Below the pieces are notes generated by a model. It saw nothing but the letters and a program-made list of their open reading frames with translations, was not told the origin of the DNA and made no database searches. Positions 39,651-60,780 of a DNA stretch of 64,000 nucleotides are shown here, in pieces; the stretch's first letter is position 1; every line of letters starts with the position of its first letter. The stretch is from the human T2T-CHM13v2.0 reference genome, Homo sapiens, in the NCBI RefSeq assembly GCF_009914755.1, contig NC_060929.1, one strand, 5' to 3'. A program made the translations under genes and the position numbers.

Positions 39651-41592
39651 GTCAAAAGAAATAGAAAAAGAATGATAAAAAATAGAGAATGCATATGAGA
39701 TCTAGAAAATAGCCTCAAAAGTGCAAATATAACAATGATTACCTTAAAAAGAGAGCAGAGAAAAGATAGGGGTATAAAGTTTATTCAAACATTAACAGAG
39801 AACTTTGCAAACCTAGCAAAACATATTAATATCCAGGTGCAAGAAGACCAACAATCAACAAACAGACTCAATCCAAATAAGACAACTCTAAGGTGTCAAA
39901 CTCTCAATGGTCAATGAAAAAGAAAGGATACTAAAAGAAGCAAGAGAAAAAAAGCAAATATAAAGGAATTCAGAAACAACTGGCAGCAGACTTCTTGGTG
40001 GAAATGCTATGGGTCAAAAGGGAGAATGAAATATTTAAACTGCTGAAGAAAAATAAACTAAAAACCAAAAAATACTGTACCTAGCAGAGCTAGCCTTTAA
40101 ATATGAAGGATAAATTTAAAAAAAAACTTTCCGGAACAAAATAAAATTTTATTAAAAATTTTCACATTAAAGAAAAGCCCAAGAACTGATGACCACACTG
40201 CTGAATTCTAACAATCACTCAAAGAAGAACTAATATAAATTCAACTCTAACTTTTCAAGAAAATTGAAAAGGAGGGAATCTTTTCAACTCATTTTATGAG
40301 GCCAACATTTTCCTGATACCAAAACCAAAGACGCAACAAAAATAGAAAACTAAACATCAACATCACTGATGAACATAGATGAAAATCTTGCACAAAATAC
40401 TTGCACACTGAATTCAACAACACATTTAAAAGATCATTCACCATGATAAAGTGTAAAACATCCCATAGATGAGTGATCAATACACATGAAAGAAAATGTG
40501 ATACATTGAATTAGTAGTCAAAAAAAAAAATTCAAATAATAATCTCAGTAGATGCTAACAACGGATTTGAGAAAATTAAACATCCTTTTATAATTAAAAA
40601 ACGCTAAAAAACTGGGTATAGAAGGAACATATCTCAAAATAATGAAGGTCATATATGACAAGCCTATAGCTAACATTATATTGAGAAAAAAATGAGTTTT
40701 TCTTTAAGATTTACAACAAGGTGAGGAAGCCTGCTTTTATCATTTTTTATTCAGTACAGTACTGAAAGTCCTAGGCAGAGCAATTAGATAAGGGAAACAA
40801 ATAAAGGGCATCAAAATTGGAAAGACAGAATTCAATTGTTCCCTGTGTGCAGACACTATGATCTTATATTTAGGAAAAATGAAAGACTCCACCTAAATAA
40901 TCTTAGAACTGATATATGAATTCAATAAAGTTACAAGATACAAAATTAACATGTACAAATCAGTAGTGTAAGTCGCAGCAAACAATCTGGAAAAAAAGTT
41001 AAGAAAGCAATTCTATTTACAATAGCTACAAAATGTACTTAGGAATAAATGTAACCAAAGAATTAAAAGATCTTTGAATAAAAACTATAGAACATCAGTA
41101 AAAGAAATTGAAGAGAACACAAAAAGGTAGAAAGCTGTTCCATGTTCATGGATTGGAAAAAATAATACTGTTAAAATGTCCATAATATCCAAAATGATCT
41201 ACATTTTCAATGTAATCCCTATCAGAATAGCAATAAGATTCTTCTTAGAAGTGAAAAAAATCATAAATTTTGTATAAAACCATGAAATACTTGAAAAGTC
41301 AAAGCAACCCTTAGCAAAAATAGCAAAGCTGGAGGTATTATACTAACAGACTTCAAAATATACTACAGAGCTATACTAATCAAAACAGAAAGGTACTGGT
41401 ATGAAAACAGGCACAAAGACCAATGAAACAGAATAGATAACTCAGAAATGAATCCATTCATTTGCAGCCAACTCATTTTTACAAAAGGCACCAAGAACAT
41501 ACTATGGGGAAAGGAAAATCTATCCAATAAATGGTTCTGGGAAAACTGAATATCCATGTACAGAAGAATGAAACTGGACTACTATCTCTCAC

Positions 41593-43969
41593 TGTATTAG
41601 TCCATTTTTATATTGCTATAAGGAACTATCAGAAACTGGGTAATTTATGAAGAAAAAAATGTTTAATTGACTCACAGTTCTGCAGGCTTAACAGGATATA
41701 TGACTGGGAGTCCACAGGAAACGTACAATCACGGCAGAAAGCAAAGGGGAAGGAATACCTTCTTCACATGGTGGCAGGAGAGAGAGAGAGTGGAAAAGGA
41801 AGTGCCACACACTTTCAAACAACCAGATCTCATGAAAACTCACTCACTTTCATGAGGACAGCAAGGGGGAATTCTGCCCCCATGATTCAATCACCTCTCA
41901 ATAGGCCCCTTCCCCAAAATATGGGGGTTACAATTTGAGCTAAAATTTGGGTGGGGACACAGAGCCAAACTATATCAATCCACCTCTGGTCCCTCCCAAA
42001 TCTTATGTCTTTCTTACATTTTAAAATATAATCATGCCTTCCCAACAGTTCCCCAAAGTCTTAACTCATTTCAGCATTAACTGAAAATTCCAGTCCAAAA
42101 TCTCATCTGAGACAACATAAGTCCTTTCTGCCTATGAGCCTGTAAAATAAAAAAAGAAATTAGTTACTTCCAAGATCCAATGGAAGTACAAATATTGAGT
42201 AATTGTTCCCATTCCAAAAGGGAGAAATTGGCCTAAACAAAGGGCCTACAGACCCCATGCAAGTCTGAAACCCAGCAGGGCAATTATTAAATCTTAAAGC
42301 TCCAAAATAATCTTATTTGACTCCATGTCTTACATCCTGGGCATGCTGATGCAAGGAGTGGGCTACCAAGACCTTGGGCAGCTCTGCTCTTATAGCTCTG
42401 CAGGGTACAGCCCCTGTGGCTGCTTTCATGGGCTGGCTTTGAATGCCTGCAGCTTTTCCAGACACATGATGCAGCTCCATTCTAGAGTCTAGAGGACAGT
42501 TGTGCTCTCCTCACAGCTCTACTAGGCAGTGTCCCAATGAGGACTCTGTGTGGGGACTCCAAACCCACATTTTCTCTCTGCACTGCCCTAGTAGAAGTAC
42601 TCCATGAGGGCTCTGACTCTGTAGCAGACTTCTGTCTGGACATGAGGTATTTCCATACATCCTCTGAAATCTAGATGGAGGTTCCCAAACCTCAATTCTT
42701 GCCTTGTGTGCACTCACAGGTTCAACACCACATGGAAGCCACCAAGGCTTTTGGCTTGCACCCTCTGAAGCCATGGCCTAAGCTGTACCTTTGCCCCTTT
42801 CAGCCAGAGTTGGAGCTGAAGTGGTTGGGATGCAGAGTACCATGTCCCAAGGCTGCACAGAGCAGCAAGGCTCTGGGCCTGGCCACACAAAACCATTTTC
42901 CCTTTTAAACCTTCAATCCTATGATGAGAAGCGGTGCTGTGAAAATCTCTGAAATGCCCTGGAGACATTTACTCTATTGTCTTTGCTATTAACATTAGGT
43001 TTCTCTATACTGATGCAAATTTCTGCAGCAGGCTTGAATTTCTCTCCAGAAAATGAGTTTTCATTTCTACCACATGGTCGGGCGCAAATTTTCCAAAATT
43101 TTATACTTTGCTTCTCTTTAAACATAAGTCCCAATTTCAGATCATATCTTTGTGAACACATATGACTATATGCTGTTAGGAGCAGACAGGCCACAACTTG
43201 AATGTTTTGCTCCTTAGACATTTCTTCTGCTAGATAGTCTATATCATTTCCCTCCAGTTCATAGTTACACAGATCTCTAAGGCAGGGGCAAAATACTGCC
43301 AGTATCTTTGCTTAATCATAGAGAGAGTGACATTTATTCCAGTTTCTAATAAATTCCTCATCTCCATGTGACAACTCCTCAGCCTGGACTTTATTGTCCA
43401 TATTACTATTAGCATTTTGGTCAAAACCATTCAACAAGTCTCTAGAAAGTTCCAAATTTTCCTACATCTTCTTATCTTCTTCTGAGCCCTCCAAACTGTT
43501 CCACTGTCTACCTCTTACCCAGTTCCAAAGTTGCATTCTCATTTTCAGGTATCTTTAAAGCAGTGTTCCACTCTCCTGGTACCAATTTTCTGTATAAGTC
43601 TGTTTTTACACTGGTATAAAGAACTGATAATGGGTAATTTATGAATAATAGAGGTTTAATTTACTCACAGTTCCACAGGTTTAAGAGGAGACATGATTGG
43701 GAGGTGTCAGGAAACTTACAATCATGATGGAAGGTGAAGGGGAAGAAAATACCCTATTCACATGGCGGCAGGAGAGAGAGAGAGTAGAGGGGGAAAGTGC
43801 CACACACTTTCAAACAATCAGATCTTACAAGAGCTCACTCACTATCACAAGAACAGGAAGTGAGAATTCTCCCATGATTCAATCACCTCCCACTAGGCCC
43901 CTTCCCTGGAATGTGGGGATTACAATTTGAGATGAGATTTGGGTGGGGATACAGAGCCAACCCATATCA
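41593..43969 (-). mobile_element. Full-structure MSTA MaLR element (3' LTR 41593-41977, internal 41978-43590, 5' LTR 43591-43969)
   Basis: Two TG...CA LTRs around ~1.6 kb of MST internal sequence; perfect 5-bp TSD CTCAC at 41588-41592 and 43970-43974. Confidence 0.92.
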
Positions 43970-45078
43970 CTCACTATATACAAAAATAAACTTGACATGG
44001 ATTAAAGACTTAAATGTAATATATGAAACAAAAGCAAAAATTGATAAATGGGTTACATCAAGCTAAAAAGCTGCACAGCAAAAGAAGCCATCAACAACGT
44101 GAAGCGACAACATACACAATGGAAAAATATTGACAATCTATCCATCTGACTAGGGATTAATAACAGAATATATAAAGAACTGAAACAACTAAACAGGAAA
44201 AACAAACAAAATACATATGAAATTCAAATAAATAGCAAAATAAAATTCAAATAATTCAATTTAAAATGAGTCAAAGAGCTTAATATACATTTCTTGAAAG
44301 AAGTCACATAAATGTTCAACAGATATTTAAAATTGCTGAACATCACCAATCATGAAGTAAATGCAAATCAAAATCTAAATCAGATGTCATCTCACCCTAG
44401 TTATAATGGCTATTATAAAAATAAATAAACAAAAAAATAACATGCTGGTGAGGATGCAAAGAAGAATAAACTCTTAAATGTTTTTGGTGGGAATGTAAAT
44501 TAGTACAGCCATTAAGACAAAGAATGTGAAGCTTTCTCAAAAAACTAAAAATAGAACTACCATATGATCCAGCAATTCCACTGCTGCATATATAAATCTG
44601 AAAGAAAGTCAGTATATCAAAGAGATCTGCACTCTCTTGCTTATTGCAGCACTATTTATAATAGCCAAGATAATCAATCCACCTGTGTGCATCAACAGAT
44701 GAATAGATAAAGAAAATGTGTTATATATACATTTTCTATATATATATAGAGAGAGAGAGAGTGAAATACTATTAAGTCATAAAAAAGAAAATCCTATTTT
44801 GCAGTAACACAGATGGAACTGGTGAACATTATAAGTGAAATAAACCAGGCACAGAAAGAAAAATATTGTATGTTCTGACTCATATGTGGGAACCATAACA
44901 ATTGATTTTATAGACATAGTGAGTAGAATAGTTGTTACCTGAGGCTGGGAAGGGTAAGAAGGAAGCAGGTATGAAAAAAGATTGATTAATGTGTACAAAA
45001 ATGCAGTTAAATAGGAGAAAAAAGTTCTAGGGTTCAATAACATAGTAGGGCAACTATAGCTACAAAAATGTATTGTAT

Positions 45079-51133
<6,055 letters not shown>

Positions 51134-51645
51134 AAAAATATTATTGTATATTTCAAAATGGCTGGAAGGAAAGACTTGAGATACTCCCAACACAAATAAA
51201 TGATAAGTGTTTGAGGTGACAAACATCCCAGTTACCCTGGCTTGGTCATTATACATTCTAGCATGTATCAAAATATTACATGTACCCCATAAATATGTAC
51301 AACTATTATGTATCAAAAAAACTAAACTGATCTTCACCATACATTATGTTATCATTGCTTCTTTGTCAAGAAACAAAGTCAAAAAACAAGTCAAGAAACA
51401 AATGCAAAACTGATAAATTAATTTGACCATGGTAGTACATGTATTAAATGGTGAAATCAATAATGTGATGCGATTTGACTTATTAAACACTATGCTATGC
51501 TGTCTTTCTTGATGAAAGTATCAAGAAAATATTAATTACTACTATTACCAGCATAAGCACCCACAGAAACAGAAAGAAAACTAAATGATCGAAAACATCT
51601 ATTATAAAAATATAAACTAATTAAATTTTTTTAGAAAACAGAAAT

Positions 51646-51685
51646 TATTATTTATAAGACCAAAATATTATTTATAAGACCAAAA
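51646..51685. repeat. Perfect 20-bp tandem duplication
   Basis: TATTATTTATAAGACCAAAA twice. Confidence 0.9.
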
Positions 51686-52577
51686 CCAATACAAATATAT
51701 TTCTCTGTAGAAAAGACAAGAAAAAAAGCAGAAAATACTGAAAGTAACAGAAATTGTGTTAAGATCATAAAAGTATGATAAATCATTAATAACAATACTA
51801 ATGGCAGAATTAAACAAAGAAAAACTAAGCATTAAATTGTATAAAGGGGTATAAGCCATGATATATTCTATCTACCAATATTCAGGAGGTATGCTCAGTA
51901 TAGATATTATGGCAAAGTACAAATATTGACATCTATGTACCTTCACCAATGTAATACTTACTATGTGAGACTAACATTAGACAAATATATGCAGAAAATA
52001 TTTAAATATTTTATATGTGCTATGAAAGAAAGTTTACTGATGTTACGAAAGCTATAGCATTCACTAAACGTTATGTAACTGATACTATTATAACAATATG
52101 TCTAAAACAAAAAAATGCTATGAATGCCAGAAGATAATTATCTTGATTTTTATCTCTCTCCTATAAAGTGGATCTGAGGAATAATTTTTTTTAAATGCAT
52201 ATGAAAATAAGATTTTTAACTTTTCTCTGGGTTTCTGTTCTTATAGACATTTAAGTGAAAAATAACTAAAAAAAAATATACATTTTCTTTCATGTACACC
52301 TTAGTCAAGAATAACTGAAGGTCACAGACCGAAGCTCAAGCTCCAGCTACTATTGCTGTTTAGATTAAAACTTTTTCTGTATTTTAAATTACAATATATT
52401 TAATCTTTCTTGCTATTCTATTTAGATACCATGCCAATTCTAAATAATATAACTCACATATTTTTTTCTGCTGGAATAAAATATAATTAAATATCAAGAC
52501 CTTATTTATATTAAGCATATAGTTGTTTGCAGTTTGAAAAAATTTCTTCTGAATTTTAAGTATTTGGGTTTTTTGAA

Positions 52578-52697
52578 TCTCAGAAACCATAATTCTTTCT
52601 TTAGAATAACATAATCTATTATTTCCCCAAAGTAGTCCAGACATATTTACTATATATTTTATATGTTATTCTAAAGAAAAAATTAAGGTTTCTGAGA
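52578..52697. repeat. Inverted repeat, 36-bp arms (34/36 match), 48-bp spacer
   Basis: TCTCAGAAACCATAATTCTTTCTTTAGAATAACATA versus TATGTTATTCTAAAGAAAAAATTAAGGTTTCTGAGA. Confidence 0.92.
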
Positions 52698-52804
52698 CAT
52701 ATTGTTATAATAGTATCAGTTACATAATGTTTAGTGAATTCTATAGTTTTCATAACAGCAGTAAACTTTCTTTCATAGCACATATAAAATATTTAAATTC
52801 GTGA

Positions 52805-53212
<408 letters not shown>

Positions 53213-53844
53213 ACCTGGGAGTAAATTTTAAATTAAAATTTATGCTTAAGAATTTTTTGACCATGCTTTTAATGTTAATCTTGGAAAGATCTGTTTTAAC
53301 TTTATGTCCAGCAAACAATTCCCACTTCAAGACATTTAAGAATGATTTCTGAGCCTTCCTTTATGCTTTGTTATATTTACTCTCAGGATGTCTCAGATTC
53401 ATATGTGGATCTCCCACTAGACTACCCAAATAGAGCATTTAAAAAATTCATCTAACCCAAGATAGTTGTAAAACTTATAACTGATTGAATCTTGATTTGA
53501 TTAAATGTGGGAATATAAAACAGGCATCACATTTGCACAGTTGGGCTGAGATTTTGTAATGATGACCTATCTGTGAGAATGATCTTGAATCACTTCAAAA
53601 TGAGGAATGGGGAATACTGAGAACCACAGATTGGAAAGGTCTATCATGCAGCCAAAATGAATTCATGTATTTATATTGAGGTTAAGTTAGATGGAATACA
53701 AGAAGGCCAAGTTAGGTTGGAAATTGAACACTGAAAGAAACATTAAAAATGAAATTGAGCAGCTTGATTTCGATGGACTGTGGAGAAGCATTTCTTGGGA
53801 CTTAATATAAATAATTCTTCCTCAGAAAATCGCTTTATACATGG

Positions 53845-54262
53845 TGACATAGTTTGAATCTGTGTTCCCTGCCCAAATCTCATGTTGAATTATAGGCCCT
53901 AATGTTGGAGGTGGGCCTGGTGGGAGGTGATTGGATCATGGGGATGGTTTTTCATGAATAGCTTAGTACCATTCCCTTGGTACTGTCCTCAGAATAGTGA
54001 GTTCTTGTGAGATCTGGTCCTGTAAAAGTGTGTGGCACCTCCCACCCTCTCTCTTGCTCCTGCTCCTTCTCCTGCCATGTAAGATGCTTGATCTCACATT
54101 GTCTTCTACTATGATTGGAAGCTTCCTGAGGCCTCCTCAGAAGAAGAGGCAGCTAAGCTTCCTGTAAAGCCTGCAGAACCATCAGCCGATTAAACCTCTT
54201 TTTCTTATAAATTAAACCTAGTCAGGTATTTCTGTATAGCAATGTGAGAAAGGATTAATGCC
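53845..54262 (+). mobile_element. MSTB solo LTR
   Basis: TGACATAGTTTGAATCTGTG...CATGAATAGCTTAGTACCATTCCCTTGG...TATAGCAATGTGAGAAAGGATTAAT; near-TSD CATGG/AATGG. Confidence 0.85.
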
Positions 54263-54699
54263 AATGGTTTAACCTAACCTATGATTATGCATTTGTAAAA
54301 TCAAGTGTTAGAGGAAGGGTAACTATGGGAAGATACAAAGAAACAAATGAACAAAATTCAATGCCAAATCAGAGCACAGTTCTCATCCTTGAAACAGCTA
54401 CAATTTCTCACTTCCTCTCCTCAGTGTAGACATCATTGCAGCCATTATGAACAGCCCTAGGGAATATTTTTGAAAGTGTGTTGCTTCAGTGTCCTACTCT
54501 TATTCCTGTCAATGCCTTGAAGATAATCCCTCAGCCATACCATGTTTAAATAGCTCCATATTATCCTGGTTTTGTGTCTACCACAGTTGCATCTCTCATT
54601 GTGCCACACTAAACTGTTCTCATCACTCTTTCTTTGTTAAACAATTATTTTATTTACCTTCTGTCATCCCAAGTTAACTGTTCTTCCTCTGCCTTCTTT

Positions 54700-55580
<881 letters not shown>

Positions 55581-55684
55581 TTTTCCTTGTCTACTCTCCA
55601 CTGCACAACCATTCAGACCTAAAAATATAAGGGCTACCATGCACAGTTCTGCAATGTGTAGCCTATGACAATAGTCACTGAACA

Positions 55685-56010
55685 GGAGCTGACATGCCAA
55701 ATCTGGCCTGTGGACTATTTGTCTGTGTCCTAAGAGTGAAGAATTCTTTTACTTCATTTTTAAATGCTGTAATAAAAAACAGAGAATATGTGATAGAGAC
55801 AATATGTAGTCTGCAAAATCATATATATACATATACATATATATACACATATACATATACATATATACACATATATATACACGTATATATGTATATACGT
55901 GTATATATATGTGTATATATATGTGTGTATATATATATGTGTGTGTGTATATATATATATGTGTGTGTGTATATATATATACACTGGTCCTTAGAAAAAT
56001 TGTGTTGACT
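55685..56010 (-). mobile_element. MER58-family (MER58C-like) DNA transposon with an expanded microsatellite inside
   Basis: GCCAAATCTGGCCTG...AGAATATGTGATAGAGAC...CTGCAAA[repeat]CTGGTCCTTAGAAAAATT. Confidence 0.55.
55820..55983. repeat. Compound (TA)n/(CATATA)n/(TG)n microsatellite
   Basis: About 160 bp of alternating purine-pyrimidine sequence. Confidence 0.95.
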
Positions 56011-57444
56011 TAAGGTCTGTGTGCATGCTGCCCCCAGATGTTTTGAAGTACACAAACTGTACAGCTGTCCAAAGTTGTTCTGAGAGAAATAATTCCTCCT
56101 GGATCCCTAAAATGTCAACACTATTTCCTGAATAATTCAAAGAATGGGATTTTCCAGGATGTTTCTTCTCCTACTTGATTTGACTTTATCTCTAGACAAA
56201 ACACATGGCCAAACAAAAATCTTCCACAGAAACAATAACAAAAACATTGGCTTCATCTGGGCTAAGATTCTCACTCCTTAACTTCATTAGTCTGGTCAGT
56301 TGTGACTGACATTGTGTAAATCTGGTGTTCTTTAAAACTAGATTAAAAATTTCTTATTTTGCTATTTAATGAAAGCACAGAATGATGCTGTTATCTTACT
56401 GCTGTTTGACTACTGGCCATGGTTATTCCAGAGATAACAAACCAAAAAAAAATAAATAACTAAAATAAGATCTATATTTTCTTGCAAATCCTGCTACTGT
56501 GTAGTTGCAGTTTTTTTTAGAGGTCAGTGAAGGTTAAAAATAACAAGTATGTAGAAGTCTTAAATGCAAATACCAACTTTAAAAAGCCCTACAGTGAACT
56601 GTTTCCATGATATATAAGCAAACAATAACCTGAATATATCAAAATTACATTCTGTTTCTACACAGAAAGACAGTGTGAACTCCCTAGAAGCCACATAGCA
56701 CAAATTTTATTTTTAAGAAGAAACTAGGATAATGAGAAAATCGCTAGGAAAGAAACAAGAGCTAAAAATTCAGTCAATCTCCTATTCCATCAATATGAAA
56801 GAAAATATACCAAGAACTCTGTGCTTTTCCTTTTAAATGAGAATCCAAAAAGAGAAAAATAGAAAGAATAAAAACGATGTCAATTCCAATTATTGTCATG
56901 TGTCTGGGTAGACATAGAACTTCTATGTGTGCTTTTAGATTGCTCTGGCTAGGTTTTATAAAAATGATTTACAAATAAGTTTGCTTCCTGAGCAAGATAC
57001 AAATGTGCTATTTAAATAGGAAATAGAAACAGACCAGACTAAGCAGAGTTATCATACTTTTGCAACAGTCTTAGAGCAAGAATAGGCACATGAATATTTA
57101 ATCTCTCAATCAGAAATTATAGAAAGCTTAGTCTTATTGCATATTGAAGGTAAAAGTGTAAGATCCTACAGTAATGGGTTTATAATGGATATACGATGAT
57201 AGAACATTTATAAGAGAGTAAGAATAATTATATGTAGTTATAATATCCACTACATATTTATTTTTCTATAGATCCAATAAGTAAATAACTGCTAAGACTA
57301 GTAAACTGTCATAGTGTGATTTTTTCTGTAATAAATAAAATTTATTTTGAAAGGCCTATAAAGGGGAAGGATGAGTCTGGGATATAAGTATTTTCTTAAA
57401 TGTTTGTAGGAACTCAAAACATTGGATGCTTAAATAAAAGGAAA

Positions 57445-57685
57445 AAACTCCAGACTGGACACCAGAATCTCCAATTTCCTTGTTTACTACCAACCAGCTA
57501 TGTGACCTAAGACAGCCAGCTAAAGAAACTACTATTCATGATGCATTTATGATGTGCAAGATGCTTTATAACTGCTATGAATTTTATAGTAGCTTTATGA
57601 AAGAGAAGTCATACTAATGTTACAGGTGAGAAACTGAGATCCATTAACTCGCCAAGGTCACACCATAAGTAAGTGGTAGAGGCCT
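57445..57685. mobile_element. MIR fragments
   Basis: TTACTACCAACCAGCTATGTGACC; TTACAGGTGAGAAACTGAG...GCCAAGGTCACAC...GTAAGTGGTAGAG. Confidence 0.6.
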
Positions 57686-58149
57686 TATATATATATAATA
57701 TATAATATATATATATTATATATTATAAATGTAGTATATAAATACATTTAAAATATTTCAAGAAGTTAAATACTATATCAGTCTTTCAGCACAAAGTTTA
57801 ATGAAATCAACCACTTAAAAATTCTATGAAAAAACAAACACCAGACATGCTGTTGTTGAAATCTCTATCTGAATTTAAGATCATGACAACATTCTGGCTT
57901 TCAATTTGTTGGGTATGTCCCACTTTTCCATAAAATAGTCAACTCATTTATCAGTATCCTGGATTTATGGCACTTAATCTACTAGAAAAACAAACAAGCA
58001 AACAGATAAACAAACAAAGTAGAAACCTCTTGACTATAAAACTAGATTGGCACATTTTAACACTAAAGATGAAGACACAGCTTACATCTCTTTAATGGAA
58101 GGAGCAGTCAATACACTTAAGTGGCTACATAGCCTTCTGAAATTCTCCA

Positions 58150-60460
58150 CTTTTTATATTATTGAAATATATTTTACCATTTCAGATGTACAATTGAGTT
58201 ATTTTTAGTGACTTTACTAACTATGCAATCATAATCATAAATCAATTTTAGAGCATTTTCGTTCCACCAAGAAGATCCCTCATAATTACCTACAGTAAAA
58301 CTCCATTCTTATCCCCAGCCTCAGGCAACCACTAACCTACTTTTAGTCTCTACATATTTGTCTTTTTCAGACATTCTTTATAAACAAAATAGTGTGGTCT
58401 CTTGTGTCCGGTTTTTCTTACTTAGCATAATGTTTTTGGTAGGCAGAATAATGGTTTCACAGATGCTCACACCTTCATCCCAGGAATCTGTGAACATGTT
58501 ACTTTACATAGCAAAAGGAAATTTGCAGTTAAGGTTAAGAGTATGGACGTTTTAAATAGGGGAAATATCCTGCATTGTTCAGGTGAACAAATTCTAAACA
58601 TCTAGGCTCTTAAAAATGGAGAATCTTTACATGCTTTTGTAAAAGAGGGAGAATATGACTTCTGAAGGATGGTCAGAGAGATGCAGTGTGGCTGGCTTTG
58701 AAGGGGCAGAAGGGACCATGGACGAAGGACTGTTGGCTGCTTTTAGAAGGTGGAAAAGGCAAGGAAGCAGATTTTCCATTAGAGACTCCAGGAGTGATCA
58801 GTCCTACCTACACCTTGGTTTAACTCAATGAGATCTGAGTGAAAACTCTAAAGCTATACTTTTTTTTTGTATAGCTACCTTTCATCAGAATTATATCTAC
58901 ACAATTTAAGATAATAAATATGTGTTGTTTTAAATCACTAAGTTTGTAGTAATATGTTAATGCAGCAATAGAAAACTAATAACAAGGCTTTGGAGGTTCA
59001 TTTATAGCATAAGCTTGTGTCAGTAGTTTGCTAATTTTTATTGCTGAATAATATTCCTTTGCATTCATTGAAACTGCCAAAGTTCCTTCAAAATGGCTGC
59101 ACTGGCAATAGAGGAGAGGTTCTTTTCTCCACATCCTTGCCGACATTTGTTACTGTTTGTCTGATTATTAAAGCTATTCTAGTGGGTGCGCAAATCTTGT
59201 TGTGTGTTAGTTTGTATTTCCTTAATGACTAACAATTTCAAACATCTCGTGTGTTTATTAGCCATTTGTACATCTTTGGTGATGTACAATTTTAATTAGG
59301 TTATTTGTTTCTTACTCATGAGTTCTTAGAGTTATTTATAACATCTGGACAAAAGTCCTTTGATGGGTGCTTTGCAAACACTTTCTCTGTTGCTATTTTT
59401 CCTCAATTGTCTTTTGACATGCAAAAGTTTTAAATTTTGATGATGTCCAATTTATTATTATTTTCTTTTATGTACTATGCTTTTGATGTTGTATTTAAGA
59501 AATATTTGCCTAAGTCTTTCACCATTAAGTATATTAGCTATAGGTTTTCAGAGTTGCCTTTCATCAGGTTAAGAAAGTTCTTTTTCAAGTTTGTTAAGAG
59601 TTTTTATCATGAATGATTATAGAATTGTGAAGTGCTTTTATTATGTCTATTAAAATGACTTTTTATTCCTTTTTTCTATTAATATCAAATATTATATTAA
59701 CTGACTTTCAGATGACAAACCAGCTTTGTATTCAACAGATAAATTTCATTTAGCAATGATGGTGTATAATCCCATGTATATATGCTTGAATTTTATTTGC
59801 TAATATTTGTCAAGGATTTTTGCCTTTATATTCATAGGGTCTTTTGTTCTGTAATTTTTCTTTCTTAGAATATATTTATCTAGCTTTGGTATAAGGGTGA
59901 TACTGGCCTTATAGAGTAAATTTAGAGATGTTTCATTCTCCTTTACTTTCTGGAAGAGTGTGAAGTATTTGTATTTTTTCTTCTTTAAAGTTTGATAAAA
60001 TTCAAGAGTTAAGAAATTTAGGTCTTGGCTTTTTCCTTGAAAGATCTTAAATTACAAATCAAATTTCTGTACTCTTTAATCTATTCAGATTTTCATTTTA
60101 TTATTGAGTCAGTTTTATTAAATTGTGGCCTTCTAAGAAATTGTCTAGTTTGTATAAGTTATTTGTTGTCATAAAGTTATTCATAGTATTCCTTTATAAT
60201 TCTTTTGATTTCTGAGTATCAGTGATAATGTTTCTTCCTTCATGCATATGTTTCATGATTATGTGTTTTCTATTTTTATTTGTTAATGTAGCTGATCTTA
60301 AATCTGTATATCTCGTGACTATTTTTAAAGAACCAACTTTTCATTGCATCGATTTTCTCTGTAGTTTTTCTGTATTCTATTTCACTAATTTCCATTCTAA
60401 ACTTTATTTTTCCCTTCATTCTATGTCATTTCAGGTTGTTTTGCTCTTTGGTTGCTCCTA
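58150..60460 (-). mobile_element. Old L1M fragments (3' end plus ORF2 piece) split by MLT1D
   Basis: CCCCAGCCTCAGGCAACCACTAACCTAC; TTTAAAGAACCAACTTT; GCTTTGGTATAAGGGTGATACTGGCCTTATAGA. Confidence 0.7.
58435..58984 (+). mobile_element. MLT1D solo LTR
   Basis: TGGTAGGCAGAATAATGG...CTGTGAACATGTTACTTTACATAGCAAAAGG...GCAGCAATAGAAAACTAATA. Confidence 0.85.
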
Positions 60461-60464
60461 ACGC

Positions 60465-60780
60465 CTGCTGAGCACATACCAGGGTTGTAGCCAGGCCAGT
60501 CTTGCAAATGGGATGCTCCTATTATTGAGGCAGGTTATAATTTTCATTCCTGTGACCATGACCACATTTCTCATAAATCCTGTGGGTTAGCTGGATAAGA
60601 AAGGTGAATTGTATCTAAAAAATAAGTCCAAATCTGCACACCTAATTATTTGGAAAGACCCACCTCTTCAGAGGGGACGCCTTTTGAAAGAAACTCAGAA
60701 GGCCAAAAATATTCCCTCTTTCTTGGCCCCATGTTAACAAATTCATTCATGTAATCCTTTTCCGGGTCTGTTTTTAGCCA
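60465..60780 (-). mobile_element. Decayed ERVL-class internal pol fragment (RNase H/integrase junction)
   Basis: Manual minus-strand translation from ~60581: RIYEKCGHGHRNENYNLPQ**EHPICKTGLATTLVC. It resembles the recalled ERVL motif WAHEQSGHGGRDGGYAWAQQHGLPLTKADLATATAEC. Confidence 0.55.

Noticed and set aside
38404-39718. Many overlapping alternative-frame and antisense ORFs (e.g. 38404-38784, 39327-39698)
   Set aside because: By-products of the GC-rich PDAP1 CDS and 3'UTR retrocopy; no independent coding signal.
51365-51685. Short repeats (GTCAAGAAACAA-like x3; 20-bp x2) as a CRISPR-like array
   Set aside because: Eukaryotic slippage duplications with no unique spacers and no cas genes.
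55694-56055. Tyr/Ile/His-rich ORFs
   Set aside because: Translation of a microsatellite.
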